This document shows, one piece after another, positions 24,138-37,094 of a stretch of DNA of 64,000 bases; the first letter of the stretch is position 1; every line of letters starts with the position of its first letter. The DNA lies in the NCBI GenBank assembly GCA_946965045.2, contig OX337239.1, positions 2,976,001 through 3,040,000 of the forward strand. Reading direction: 5' to 3'. The position numbers were made by a program, and so were the translations under genes. The notes beneath the pieces are model-generated. The model did not search any database. It was given only the letters and a program-made list of their open reading frames with translations, and was not told the origin of the DNA. Origin of the DNA: Epithemia pelagica (Eukaryota; Protista; Bacillariophyta).

Positions 24138-27100
24138 GAGCTCCTTCGTCATCGACCGTGGCACTTGTCGAAAAGGAATGCAACGGTTGGGTCCAAATGT
24201 GCTCGTTCCAAGAATGATTGCGAGCCATTGTGCTGTTTCTGGCAGTGGACTATCCCCATCCCGCTGTCACGGAAGGAAGCATTCCGCGCTGGTCGCGGGC
24301 AAAAGAAGATGACAAACGCTGTTGTTGTTGGGTACATCTGGAAGCAGACCACTGCTGCCTTAACTTTGATACTACACTTCGATGCATCATCATTGTCATG
24401 GCCGCTCTTTGTTATTACTCATCGACAACCACAACCAAACAAATAACAGAAGATGCGTCCAACTCCAAGTTACGTACGCCGCATGTAGATATCGGTCGGC
24501 ATTGTCGATTGTCGACCGTTGACGACACGGCAAGCGATTGTTGCGTTTGTTGTTTGGCTTCGTTTGAAAATAGAATGAATTAGACAGAGATACTAATGCA
24601 TAGTATAAGCAATACAATGTAGGCTTACCTGTGCTCAACACTCTCCAAAATGGCCTTTGTTTCGTCGTTTGCTCGTTGATTGATGTGTGCCAACGTGCCA
24701 AACAGAGCTGTTTTGGAGCAGCAAGCTATCTAAAGCTGCGCTTCCCCCTCCAGACCCACCACTCCACATCGCTTCTAATACTACTGAAGAATAATAAGAA
24801 GCAGTACCAGGGTGTGAGAAAGTGAAATAGACAAATAGCAACGTAAATGGTGCAGCACAAGCAAAATGGTAAAAAAACACAGAGCAACGCAGATGAACGA
24901 CTTCATCTCTACCGCCCCTTCGATTTTTCGCACGAAACTCACACATCGTATCTAATGCATACTTGGTTCGACACTCACGAAGCTAAGACCTCTATCCGAG
25001 TCTTGATCTGATGAACGGCGGCATCAAATGCGGAGCGTCATGGTGAGGTGGTGATTTTATAATTTGTAACTTTAACCCTAGTGAAAATTAAAACTTGCAG
25101 TCCTAGCGATGACCCAGCCCTTACCCCCTTAGGGAGAGACTCCTCCACCCAATGAATACTCGTCCCGACGAGTTTGTTGGATCTTACAACGGTCATTACT
25201 GTTCATGCTACTGATTTGGGCTGGTTTAACCCTCCGACTAGGTGTCCGCTTCTTAGCCCCCCAGCCGCTCTCCGCGACCAACCATTTTAATTTTGGTTTT
25301 TTTGCGTTTTAGAAGAAAATTTCTGGTCAAAACGAAAATGATCACGCCGGCCTTCTGGATCACCCTTTTGAATTCTTGTGAGAAGCCGTGCGCACTTTGA
25401 CCGTTGGTCTTCCCCATTCTTGATTGTCTTCCCAAGTTGCGACCCACATTATTTTCACCACGCACCTTTTGACATTGACAATGGACATGCACCATCACAA
25501 TGCATTCTCCATCATCTGCACACCATGGACATTTGACATATAGACCATAGATAGTGTTTTGCTCTACCGCCATCCTTTCTTTGTTTTTTCTCGGCGAAGT
25601 GTGGTTGTTTCTAGTCCGTAGGCTTGTCTCTTTGCAACCACTTGACTTACTACAGTCCTATTTTAGAAATCGTTTCTTTCGAGTTCCGTCATGGAGTATG
25701 TTGAGTGTAGAATCCCCCGCACTGACTGCAGATTCTGAATACCTTTTCCAAATAAAGAGCTGCTCAGGAGTGATGATAGTCAACAACCAGAAGTTCTACA
25801 AACATTTCTGGCGTTCTCTACGTGAGATCAAACTTCCAGCAAATGCCGTTGGGGATCAGATTCTTTTGAACAATGTTAAGGATTATCTTAAGAACAAAAA
25901 AAACCTGGTGCCAAAGTGGGGCCAATTCCTGAGAGATGGGAAGTCAAGCAGCCTTTTCAAAATCCTGGGTATCAAGTCATAGAACGAGGTGAAATTGCAA
26001 ATCTGCACTTTAATGGAATATATGGCGGAGCGTTCTTCAGCTTGGAGAATGGAGTTTCAAGGTTTTGTTCCGAGAAGAGCTGCATGAAAAATAAGGAGCA
26101 GATGATTGCGTTCAAGTCTCCCTGGGCTTTGGCAGAATACTATGTATACCTTCCATGGAAATGGGTATTGTACATGGGCCGGAGTTTCATTCCATTGAAA
26201 CAAAAGGGGTTTTCATTGGTCATTCATCATCATACAAATCACACCGACAAGGAAAAACTGATGGCTGAAATAAGTGGGAATTGGACCACTTTTCTCTGAG
26301 TCCTCTTCAACCACTTGACCACTACTCCTAGTAGAACGGAGAAAGTAGGGGAAGTACAAGGAGTACTAATCAAGTAAGAAGCAAAAAGACAAGAGATATC
26401 CTTTGATTCCCAGTGCCCCGGTGGCGACCGGAAAGTCCATTGTCATATGAAGAAAGAACACAGTAATCAAATCTAGAAACAAGGGGTTTGTCACCGTCAG
26501 CCCATAAAATAAGAAAGAAGAACAGAACCAACAAGGCGATGATTTTTTAAACGAGTGATTGAAAGTGGCCAATGAACCCCATCTACTTGGTCAACAATCA
26601 TGGGATAGACACTCCATCAGAGATAAGCAACTCTCTTGTCCAAAAAGCTTACTACCTTTGTCATAGAATTGGTTCAGGGATACCCGGTAAATACGACAAC
26701 TCACAACATTACCTAGGTTTTGTTGGCCAAGTTGCGGCTAAATCACATCTTCTGATTTGCGACGAGTGATTTCTACTACATCATCGTAGGACAAGTATGG
26801 GTGCAAGGCATAACTTCGGGAACACCCGGAACTATGTCCTCTTCAGTATTATGACAACATAGCTAGAGGACACTTGTTGTCTAATAGCTATCATAGACTA
26901 GCTATCTTGTTGTCTTTTTCCTGTTTGGCGAGTCTGTCGTTTCCAGCGAGCGGGACGACACATACAAACTGGTGTCACACAATTGATTGTTGTACTGAGA
27001 TCTACACTAGCTAATCCTCATAGATTTGTTGGTCCCACTCTCAACGGTCGATATGCACGACTCCACTTACAAAACATTCCGTTCCAATTTCAAGGGCAAT

Positions 27101-27446
27101 GGGTTTAGGCTTAGAGACAAGTTTTATGGCAGTGTACATCGGTACTATTTTAAATGTACAAATGTACTTTAAATATACCAAAGCACGGTCCCAGATGATC
27201 CATAACTAACCATGGACTCTGCACGTGCTTGAGAACTGCCCTCCCCCATCGTACAGTCACTATTTGTACACAAATTGATCAAGACAAGAAGACAAGAAGA
27301 CAAGAAGACAACGAGACAACAAGACAACAAGACAAAGACAACAAGACAACAAGACGAAGTCATCAAGACAAAGACAACAAGACAACAAGACAAACACAAC
27401 AATCAACCAACGGCTACTACGAAGTTTAAGCTACGGACTATGGGGT

Positions 27447-28064
27447 TCACGGGCTATCCGACATCGTATCCGGCCACTTCGACACTTCATGGCTCCTTTT
27501 TTGCGCACCACGTTTCTTCTCTTCTTTCTCTTTGCGCTTCGTTTCAACATGATGCAGGAATTTTTGGCGGTGGACTTCCTGGCGGATGTGGTTCTTGAAG
27601 ACATCAAGTGAAAAGGCTTGATATTCTGGACGTGAGAGGTATAACTCACTTGGTGTCATCCGTTCATGGGTTCCGTTGCCTACATCACATTCAAGAAGGA
27701 GCTTGGCCGCGGAGTGGCCTCAGATTTGACGCCCACGCGAGTCATGGGATTCCCTGGGTTGAATCGCCCGATCATGCAACAATGCAGTCTCCTGGAAGTG
27801 AGAGGCAAGCTTCTTGGCGGCAACCTGGTTTTTGTGGTCCTTGGAACGAGCCACAAACTGGCTATGGACAACACCTTCGGAGACAAGAACTTGGTGATTC
27901 TTGTATTGGATCCATGTTTCTTCTTCGCCTGCATCAAGCCAAATAAACCCACGCTCAAGGTTGTTCATGAGCAGTGCTCGTGTGGCGGAGGTCCTCCAGG
28001 GGATCCATCCTTCACTTACTTTCTGCCTCTTTGCCGACATGATGAAAAATGATAAGACTCTCAA
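27447..28064 (-). pseudogene. Small accessory ORF(s) inside the Harbinger element
   Basis: WIPWRTSATRALL and PSELYLSRPEYQAFSLDVFKNHIRQE in successive frames. Confidence 0.4.
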
Positions 28065-28244
28065 AGTAGAATCGTGTTACAAATGACAGACTAGTATTTT
28101 AGGAGTAGGAGTACCTACAATTGTCTACGGTTTCAGTTGGGCGCCAGAGTTTTCATTCGTATGTACGACCCAGTAGCTTGACGGGAAGGTCGGTCCGCCA
28201 CAAGTTGAATCCATGGGACCTTATGCTTCATTCCCACGGTCACC

Positions 28245-29642
28245 TTGGGACATATTCAACAATCAAATAGTCCCCAGGGACCTATCGACAAATCCTATTG
28301 GCGCCGCTGCAAGACAGGTTTGATTGTTCGTGTTGTTCTTGTTTCTCGTATCATGGGCTTGCAACAGCATCTTTGTTGCTGGAAAGAAAAGAGCCCACAA
28401 CCTGACATAATGCCGACTCCTCCAGCTCTTTCATCGCCGCAAGTGAAGACTCTTCTTGAGGACATCGAAGGTCTCAAGAAGCCACGGTCTGAAGTTACCT
28501 TCAGCCAAATCGTTGGCCCGCCGTCGTCACGAAACAACAAGTACGGCTCTGGACCGATTTTCCGTCATTTCCAAAAGCGTTGTTGGGTCGTCACGAAGCA
28601 GCTGGATATCAAGAGGTACAAGGCTCTCCTTGACGAGCACAAGGTGAAACCAAACGAGTTTACCCTTGCCGAGTGGAACGCGTTTATTGTTGATTCCTTT
28701 TCTGACAACTTGTCTTCTTCTTCGAAGCACGAAGAACCCAAGGAAGCAGCCGAAGAGTTGTTGACCAACGAGGCGGAGGAGTACAATACGGAGGAGGAAC
28801 ATCCTGACTTTGAGGCCGAGCAAGAGATTGACAACTTCGCATTGATTGGTGCGTTCGACCAGCTCTCTGTTAGTGAGAACAAGGTCCAAGGAAGCAAGCA
28901 CGAACGCGACGGAGAGGTCCGAGTTCACCATCCACCGAGCAAGGCCACCAAACAGGTGAAGACTGGGACAACCGCCATCCTTCCCACTGCTCCCTTGACA
29001 CCACCTCGTCCCCAGAGAAACTTTGCTTGGGTCCCCCCACGTAACTGGCAGGTGCCCTCTTTTGCAACTCCCCCTCGCGTGTCGGCCAGAAAACTCCAAA
29101 CTCCGCCACCACAGCCTCCCATCATGTCCGCTGCTGATGAACTGTCTTCCTCTTCATCTGGTGGTGAGGGCTACCCACCTCAACCACCTCCGCTTGGCAA
29201 GTACCGGGCCAAAGTTGACAAGCAGTACCCTGGCCTTGAGCATCGTGTCATTCTCGTCGAAGGCCCATGGCGCGACTCTACCAACGACGACATCACCCAG
29301 TTCTTCTCCCGCCTCAACGACCCGGCATACAAGGGTGACAAATCTCTTGGATTGTTGAGTAGCATGAAAGCGGCGTTGATGAAGAGTACAAGCAATCCAG
29401 CTTGCAAAAACAAGTACTGGTTGCTCATCTTCCCCGAGGGCGTCGTCTTGGATAACTCTGTTATCCACCCAGGAGACGACAAGAATATGAAGACGAACAT
29501 TGCTCCGATGAAGATCGAAAATGGGGACAAGACGTTTCTTGGTTTCTATGCCTATTGGCTGGTTGCCGACAAGGCTTCCGAACAGGTGCACGATGACACG
29601 ATGGTGACCGATATCAACGCTCTGGTGAATTCGTTGGGTTGA
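28245..29642 (+). CDS. Harbinger accessory ORF (465 aa, hypothetical)
   Basis: Intact long ORF convergent on the transposase, inside the TIRs. Pro/acidic linker. Confidence 0.6.
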   Translation: MGHIQQSNSPQGPIDKSYWRRCKTGLIVRVVLVSRIMGLQQHLCCWKEKSPQPDIMPTPPALSSPQVKTLLEDIEGLKKPRSEVTFSQIVGPPSSRNNKYGSGPIFRHFQKRCWVVTKQLDIKRYKALLDEHKVKPNEFTLAEWNAFIVDSFSDNLSSSSKHEEPKEAAEELLTNEAEEYNTEEEHPDFEAEQEIDNFALIGAFDQLSVSENKVQGSKHERDGEVRVHHPPSKATKQVKTGTTAILPTAPLTPPRPQRNFAWVPPRNWQVPSFATPPRVSARKLQTPPPQPPIMSAADELSSSSSGGEGYPPQPPPLGKYRAKVDKQYPGLEHRVILVEGPWRDSTNDDITQFFSRLNDPAYKGDKSLGLLSSMKAALMKSTSNPACKNKYWLLIFPEGVVLDNSVIHPGDDKNMKTNIAPMKIENGDKTFLGFYAYWLVADKASEQVHDDTMVTDINALVNSLG

Positions 29643-29827
29643 TAAATCGCTACAGACAGAAAAAATAAAGTGGTATCTTTCTGTTATTTGCCGATGATGC
29701 ACATGGCAAAGATGAGATTATAGTAGTCTAACAGTAACTATTTAGTTTATCGTTACCGCAAAGCACGCACAAATCGTAGATGATGAGACTCTACTTAGAT
29801 AGAAGCGATGAGTGTTAGATGTACTCC

Positions 29828-30705
29828 TCAGACCATAAAGAGTGGTGCTCCGTTGTTAATCTGGTACTGGACAAGAACGCAAACTGCTTCAAAAGCATCT
29901 TTGTGATTGATCGATGAGTGTCAATAAGTGTCACTGAGAATTCGGAAGCACTTGATCCGTTGGTTGAGCGTCTCATGTTGTGAACGACACCGGGACTTGA
30001 ACTGTGAAAGCTCAACGCTATCAGTATGGTTAGGAGTGGCCAGCTTGTAAATCTCGTCGGGCTTGGAAGAGCGATATCCTCGATCGGCTATAGCTATCCC
30101 ATGACGAGAGATAGTAAGATCGTGCACCCCTGCTTTGAAGGGGCCATTGATCCAAACAAGATCTCCCGAGAAAATGCTCACCGCTAACTCATACTTAACA
30201 GCGCCATGACTGAACTTTTTAGAGACGAACTTCTTGTCATGAGGAAAGGTAGGGTGTTGCGGCTCCCAACTTTCATATCGACACCATCCACTGTTACGAC
30301 ATATCTTTCTTCTAGATCTTCGGGCCACTTAATGACCTTCGATTTTAGCCCCTGAAGTTTCCGCACCCATTTCCACACTCTGTCACGCCGAGAGTACTGT
30401 TCGTTTTGCGCAAACAAGGAGGCAGTCATCCTCGCATTTTTCGGGTAAGCAAACAAAAAGTACATCGCAACAAGAAATTGTTTCTGACCTTCTTCTGTGT
30501 TCTCTTTCTCGCCCAGTCGAGCCTGGGGAATGGTTGTTGTTGTGAGGTCGTACCAGACCTCGGCAACCACAAGTTGGCATGACCCATAATGGCCACGGAA
30601 GAAACTCTCCTTTGTTTTCATAGACATCTTCTCAATAGCTTGAGCCGAATAACCCAAAAGAGAAATTCCATAGCTTAGGAAATCGTTTGGTGTCACTAGT
30701 TGCAT
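29828..30705 (-). pseudogene. Harbinger-type DDE transposase (one frameshift, one stop)
   Basis: TVDGVD|WEPQHP...KYELAVS...VWINGPFKAG...IADRGY...HETLNQRIKCFRIL...Y*H...FEAVCVLVQY..NGAPLF. Confidence 0.8.
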
Positions 30706-31049
30706 TGTTGTGTTTGCGAAGTGCTTTCTATGCGTAGTTTTGTGAGTGATATTCTAGGACTACTTCTACTTTGTTGTCGCTCAAATCATCTTGGCGTGAT
30801 TCTACTTTGTTGTCGCCGAGATCATCACGATCGAACTGCTATGATTATGTAGAAATGTGATCTTAAGTATTTTAAGGTTTCTCTCTATAGTGATATGTTT
30901 CACGGGGGAAGCATGTCCAGCGATTTGGTCTCTGTTGGTGTTGTGATTGCACGCTGCTCTATTTCCATCTCATACTGTCCTCGCAGCTTCTTGTTGCTTC
31001 CTCGTTGATTGTTTCGTTGATTGTTTTGTTGATTGCTGAGTTGGAAATG

Positions 31050-31438
31050 AGGAGCGTGAAGGGTGAACCGATCCACTTTGTTGGAGGCAAGTATGCGGGC
31101 TTGACAGGTTGGCTTGATCCGAAGCGTGGCCCGACCAAGTGCAAGATGAGCGTCATCGTCGACATGGGAAAAGGGTCCTTGAGGCACACATTATCGTCAA
31201 GAACGAAAATTTGGAGCTCAAGAGTGCCCGCAGGAACCCTCGATGCCGGGAGGAGGCTGTTCTCCAGCAGCACGGCGACCTCAACAAGAAACTGAACCAC
31301 CTCGTCTGGCAGTTTGGGATGATCTTCAAGCTTCGTCTCCAATGTGCCATTGAGAAGCAGCGCAGCTTGGGAGTCAAGGCTTGGCTCCGTCCGGTCGACT
31401 TTGATCCTCAATCCATCACCATGTCCAATGACTCCTAA
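31050..31438 (+). pseudogene. Small accessory ORF with KOW-like motif
   Basis: GEPIHFVGGKYAGLTGWLD..., continuing by frameshift into ...EEAVLQQHGDL...AWLRPVDF. Confidence 0.4.
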
Positions 31439-34400
31439 ATCCGTCACTAGCTGTTACTTCGTAGTAGCCGTTGGTTGATTGTTGTGTTTGTCTTGTTGTC
31501 TTTGTCTTGTTGTCTTGTTGTCTTCTTGTCTTTGTCTTGTTGTCTTGTTGTCTTGTTGTCTTGTTGTCTTGTTGTCTTTGTCTTGTTGGCTTGTTGGCTT
31601 GTTGGCTTGTTGCCTCGTTGTCACGTTGTCTCGCTGTCTTGTTGTCTTCTTATCTTCTTGTCTTGATCAATTTGTGTACAAATAGTGACTGTACGATGGG
31701 GGAGGGCAGCTCTCGAGCACGTGCAGAGTCCATGGTTAGTTATGGATCATCTGGGACCGTGCTTTGGTATATTTATAGTACATTTGTACATTTAAAATAG
31801 TACCGATGTACACTACCATTATACTTATCTATTAGCCTTAAACACCCCTGAAGTGGGAACGGAATGTTTTGTAAGTGGAGTCGTGCATATCGACCGTTGA
31901 GAGCGGGACCAACAAATCCATGAGGATTAGCTAGTGTAGATCTCAGTACAACAATCAATTGTGTGACACCGGTTTGTATGTGTCGTCCCGCTCGCTGGAA
32001 ACGACAGACACAGGAAAAAGACAACAAGATACCTAGTCTATGATAGCTATGAGACAACAAGTGTCCTCTAGCTATGTGGTCATAATGCTGAAGAAGACAT
32101 AGTTCTGGGTGTTCCGGGTTTCTACGAGGGATTATGGTACCTCCCACATATAGGGGGGGGGGGGGTGCGAGTTTTGCAAGGGAGAGATATGATTGGGTTA
32201 GAAGAGTCACTCAGACACATAAACACAAAAGTAAACAACAAAAACAAAGTTGGGTGGAGGAGGCGGTCTCTCCGTAGTCCGTACTCGTATAAGTAGAAGG
32301 TGAGTATTTTTCGCCGAGGCAGTCTCAGCTGGTACACAATAATCGCCTTATACATAAATATGACGTCATGCAGCGTGCAGGATGTGAGTAGCTTAGTGAG
32401 GTCTAGTCATGAATAAAACGTCATTTGAAACTGGAATAAAGTGAAACTATTGAATAGCGAAGGTTGATAATGACAGGAAGTATAGTCAAGTGCTCAGGAG
32501 TAGGGGAAGGGCAGATCAGGGAAAGAGTTTACGGAAAGGGAATGGAACGGTGAGAGAGCCGGATGCTTGATCTACAGGAGACATGATAAGACCAGTTCCA
32601 ACGGAAAAGTCTTCGCCTGTATTGATGTTGGGCAATTGTTGGTGACAGACCACTGTCCAAGCGGTATTGGTACGACAAAGGACGTCAAGCTTAGGTGCAG
32701 AGGAAGTAACAACAGCAATGGGGTGTGCGTCTTCGTAAATTACCGATGTCCTGACAACCTGCGCTCCTTGCCAATGGTGAAGGTTGTCATATCCTGGGAG
32801 ACAGTTGTGGTAGATTTGCATTCTAATGAGATATTTCCCGTCCGGAGTTCCACACGTGGACATATGGTTTTGATTGTGTCTTCGTACAACTGTTCCGAAG
32901 GATTCAGCGCAAGAGCACGAATGGGACTAGTGACAATGGAAGGATCATATCCGTTGAAGTCTGCAAGTAAAGGAGATATGATATGTATCAAGTCTTCTTC
33001 TTATGGAAAACAATTCTGGAAGATGAATTTCCTGGTGATGGTGGGTGAATTTGTGTGAGGTGCCGTGTCCTTTGGAGGGTCGGGTCGCAGTTGCTGTTGC
33101 ATTATTGGTGTTTGGTTACACATCGATCCTCAAGATTCGCGACGACGTAGTTGAGCACGGATCGAACGGCGGAAGCAACTTTCCATTGCGCCACACCAAG
33201 ATCAAGTTTGCTGATGAGCTCAGCCCAGTCCGTTATCATGATGTGTCTCACTGAGGAGTACCACATCAATGCACAGCTTCAAGACTGCATTGTCCTGTGG
33301 AACTGCTGTCGATAGCAAAATTTCCTTCACCTTTGCCAAGACACAACAAGATGAGTATGACGGCATCTACAATCATTGACGTCGTCGTAGTGATAGTTGA
33401 GTAACTTATTATAGTTCTGACCTTAGAAAAAAGGGAAAACACTTGCTTCATAAGTCAAAACCAGTTTCTGCCTTAGGAGCAGAGATCTAACACTTGTATA
33501 AGGTAAGGTAGGCTCAAACCAAAGTTTCAACTAAGTAGGACGTGTAGAGAGCTTATATTGGATGAACCGAGTGTCGTCGTCTTTTGGTCGAAATCTCATG
33601 TGGTTTGTGCCACGATGAGAAATTGTCCATCGACGATTGCTTTAAGCTCGACAACCATGGCACCTACACCAGTTCTCACACTCGGGCTTATACAAGTAGA
33701 GCATAAATAAAAAGCTTAGTGAGTAATACGTGCAGAGCGGCAAGTTTGAATGAACTACAAAACGTCGACCTACGTATGAAAGTCTCATTTGGTCTGTGCC
33801 ACGACGAAAATATTCTATTTCGATGATCAGCTCGATCTCTACAAGGATGGCACCTACAAGAGGTCTGACACTTTTTTTCACGAACCTAGAGCCTAAAGTA
33901 AAAGCCCAGCAAGTATGGTGTGCAGAGCGGCCATATTGGACGTGCTTGATGACTTCGACCTAGGGATGAAAATCTTGTTCCGATGTGCGACCAGCGAAAA
34001 CGTGCCAATGCGACCAGAGGTTCGTTTGCCGATAGACAAAATGGTATGCACCATATGATGGCAGGGCACGTAATGGTTGACTTATAGGACCATCGAGGTA
34101 CCGGCCAAAGGGATATCTAGGCCATTTCGTTGATAAAAAAAATGAGCCAACAATGGTATCTTTGAACTCGATAACCATGACCGCTATAGCAAAAAAAGCC
34201 CGCAGGGGCCGAGAGTATTGTTTGAAGACAACAAAGCTCGATATTGGGGTATGGGCGTCCTATATGGAGTGAGTTATGCTATAAGGCCTGGTCTTTTGGC
34301 CGCGACAATCGAGAGTTTGGCCGGATTACCCTGCACGGCACTAGATGCTCGCTATTGGTTTTGGTAGGCAGCAATCTCTCGGTAGGTAGGATTGAGTACA

Positions 34401-34495
34401 ATAGGTCCCATTCATCGATTATGCTTCTACTTGAATGCATCAAGTATAATCCATGTCGAATCAAGTTTGGTTGCCATCATAGCATCCCTAGTATC

Positions 34496-35585
34496 TGTAT
34501 CCATGGCAAATTGAATCTGAGTCTTGGCTTCAATCATGAATGACCTAGTAGCCGGCAATTTTGGACAATCTTTTTGAAGATTCCATTCAATTAGTACGGT
34601 TTATATTAAACATTGAGGTTATATAGCAGAGTTGGAAGTTGGTAGCACTTATCCAGTTATGGGAAAGACTATGCTTCGAAGCGCAGCCTTAACCCTAATT
34701 ATAGTACCCATCGTGTGGTATCTCTTGTTGTCCCTCCTCGTTGATTCACTCCCATTTCCCATTCCCAGTGTAATGTGAGCCATTGTGATAGAAAGCCTTG
34801 AATGTGAGGAATGTGGGGGTAACCCTAAAAGGCATAAAGAACGTACAGATAAGATAAAAATTGAGAGGGCGATGTACGTGAAGTTTAATGGGGGGTCCAG
34901 GACTATGGGGGTAAGGAATCCGCAAATGATGGTTGACAGCCCATAGATCCGGGGTAAGTGGTTGTTGTTGTTGTTGTTGTTGTTATACAGAACTAATTGA
35001 GACAAACCTAGGATATTCTTTGTAAATGCCTTATGGACCTGAGGTTCCGTTTGTCTCAATTGCCTCCCAAAAATGAGCATGCTAACCTAGAAGACACCAA
35101 ATCGGTGCACCCAGCCCTTAGTAGGAGTAGTTTTTCCGGTTATGTAATTGGTTATTAGTTTTGTGCAATTTTTTGTAGTTTTTTTTGGAAAGCTTTTGAA
35201 ACGGAACGGAAAACGGAAACCATGAACTCAGCCGTTCCATCCCGAAGGGTACTGTTTCCAGTCGTGTGCCCATCATTTTTCGGTCGCTGTTCGCTTTTCC
35301 ATTCACCTCCACCAAGGCCCCAACGAAAAAGACTACTACCACCGAGAAGAAGACCACGACCGCTACGAAGAAGGCCAAGCACAAGATAATCCGAGAGATT
35401 GCTGCCTCCCTATGAGAACGATTAATAGCGTCTAGATCCACACCTACCTCTTCTGAGTGTAGCTATATCTACTAGCTACTCACTACTCATAAAACAACCC
35501 GGATGTGATTGGGATGTTGGGCAGAAGACTAGGTATGTCATTCATGACTGAAGCCAAGGCTCAGATTCAATTTGCCATGGATACA
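34496..35585. repeat. 49-bp inverted repeat pair about 1 kb apart
   Basis: 34496-34544 versus 35537-35585, 2 mismatches. Confidence 0.9.
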
Positions 35586-36118
35586 ACATTGAATTTTGAC
35601 TTTTGGGTTAAAAAATTTTCTTCTAGTTTTTGTTGTTCCCCCCCCCCCCCACCAGACCCCCTTGCCTGCCGGCTTACCCGATACTTTCATTCTGAACTCA
35701 GTCAAACAACGGAAACAACGTGGAAACAACGGGTACACGACTGCCTGTTGCATTGTTGAAAAGTTTTGCTTTTGATCCAAGGTCGATCCTCGGGCTTGCT
35801 TGGTGTCCAAGGCATGGATTGCTTGTTGGATGAAGATCTTTTTCTCTTGCTTTGTAATCGGACATACAGACGTTTTTGAGTGAACGTGCTTCCGGATGGC
35901 GAAAGCTCGTGTGACACTTTCGCGTGACATTGAAGGCGCCATGATCCCTTCGACTCTGTCAAAATGGTCAATGCTTATGCTGGCTTGGGATATGATCTTG
36001 GTCCCTCTTTAACTTCTGGCCGTACATGCAGGACCTTGGTTCCTTGTCAAGATCCCATCCCGGATCCTTTCTGAAATGTTCTCCTCCAATGATCCAATGA
36101 AGGTGCATCGAGTTGAAG

Positions 36119-36344
<226 letters not shown>

Positions 36345-36393
36345 TCATAGTTGTCTCGAGGCCAAAACAAAGTTCCTGCAGGTACTTCAATCA

Positions 36394-36870
36394 CTAAGTC
36401 GCAAGCTTTGTGTAGGGGTGATCAGTCGCTGGCACAAGAAAACATTGGTGGACTTTTGTCTCTCGTGCCGAATTTTTATAAAACTGCTCAACTGCATGAT
36501 AGGCGCTGGGAAGCATACCCATAAAGAGCCGATTCCATCTGACTCTAGGATTAGAGAGGGAAGCAGGAAGCAAGTCTTGAATGGAACATAGATCCACCAC
36601 AGCATATGAACGGATATGCGTATCCATGGGTAAGTTGAGGAACATTTCACCCAAATCCATGTCCCCACAATATGACGCTGTTTTGAGAAGGCGCAAGGAT
36701 GTTTCTGCGGTTGGCAGCCAAAGCCCCGAACTCGTACCATTATATACCTTCCGTATATCATCTTTGCCCTTGGGAACCTCGAAAAAATCCCTGAGGCTAA
36801 CCACCTGAGTTTGTTGATCGAAGTAGCCCCGACTAATCACCTTGCTGAGCTGTGCAGCGATGCGAGTTCA
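36394..36870 (-). pseudogene. Reverse transcriptase fragment of tyrosine-recombinase (DIRS/Ngaro-like) type
   Basis: KVISRGY..VVSLRDFFEVPKGKDDIRKVYNGTSSG..LPT..GDMDLGEMFLNLP..RWNRLFMGMLPSAY. Confidence 0.65.
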
Positions 36871-37094
36871 TGAGTTAGCGGAGGGGAAACATTGAGGGTG
36901 TTTGTTATAGGGAAGGGTGTTGGGGAAGGGTGTTGGTGACAGATCGATTCCTTGTCTGCTTGGGATTGCGAAGACAGGGAAACAGATGAAGCAATTAGAA
37001 AGCAAGCAATATTCTTACTAGTCCCAAGGCTAGGTCAAACTGTGTGCAGATGTCTTTCCTTAGGATAATTTCTGAATATTGTGATTACTTGGCT

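Larger units (their letters stand above)
15210..24228 (-). pseudogene. typA: typA/bipA translational GTPase 5' fragment (join 24228-24143 with 15519-15210), truncated after G3
   Basis: [56 protein letters not shown]. Copia excision restores ...FSTSATVDDEGA|PMDTNF with a targeting-peptide-like N-terminus. Confidence 0.8.
14534..25121. mobile_element. Non-autonomous TIR (Pack-type) element carrying a typA 5' fragment, with nested copia
   Basis: Perfect 15-bp TIR AGGGCTGGGTCATCG at 14534 and its reverse complement ending at 25121. Flanked by TA on both sides. Shared subterminal GACTGCA and TAGGGTTAA. About 2 kb once the copia is removed. Confidence 0.75.
26819..32115. mobile_element. PIF/Harbinger-type DNA transposon with ~600-bp TIRs; TSD not resolved
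   Basis: 26819-27425 is inverted at 31456-32115 and both contain a degenerate (AAGAC)n tract. Internal DDE_Tnp_4-type transposase and accessory ORFs. Confidence 0.8.

Noticed and set aside
14586-25080. TAGGGTTAA (14586) and TTAACCCTA (25072) as piggyBac ends or telomeric seeds
   Set aside because: Single copies that face outward and are explained as subterminal parts of the AGGGCTGGG TIR element.
27169-31800. Hydrophobic LSCCLVV and KTRRQ ORFs at 27169-27598 and 31471-31800
   Set aside because: Translations of the (AAGAC)n tract in the Harbinger TIRs.
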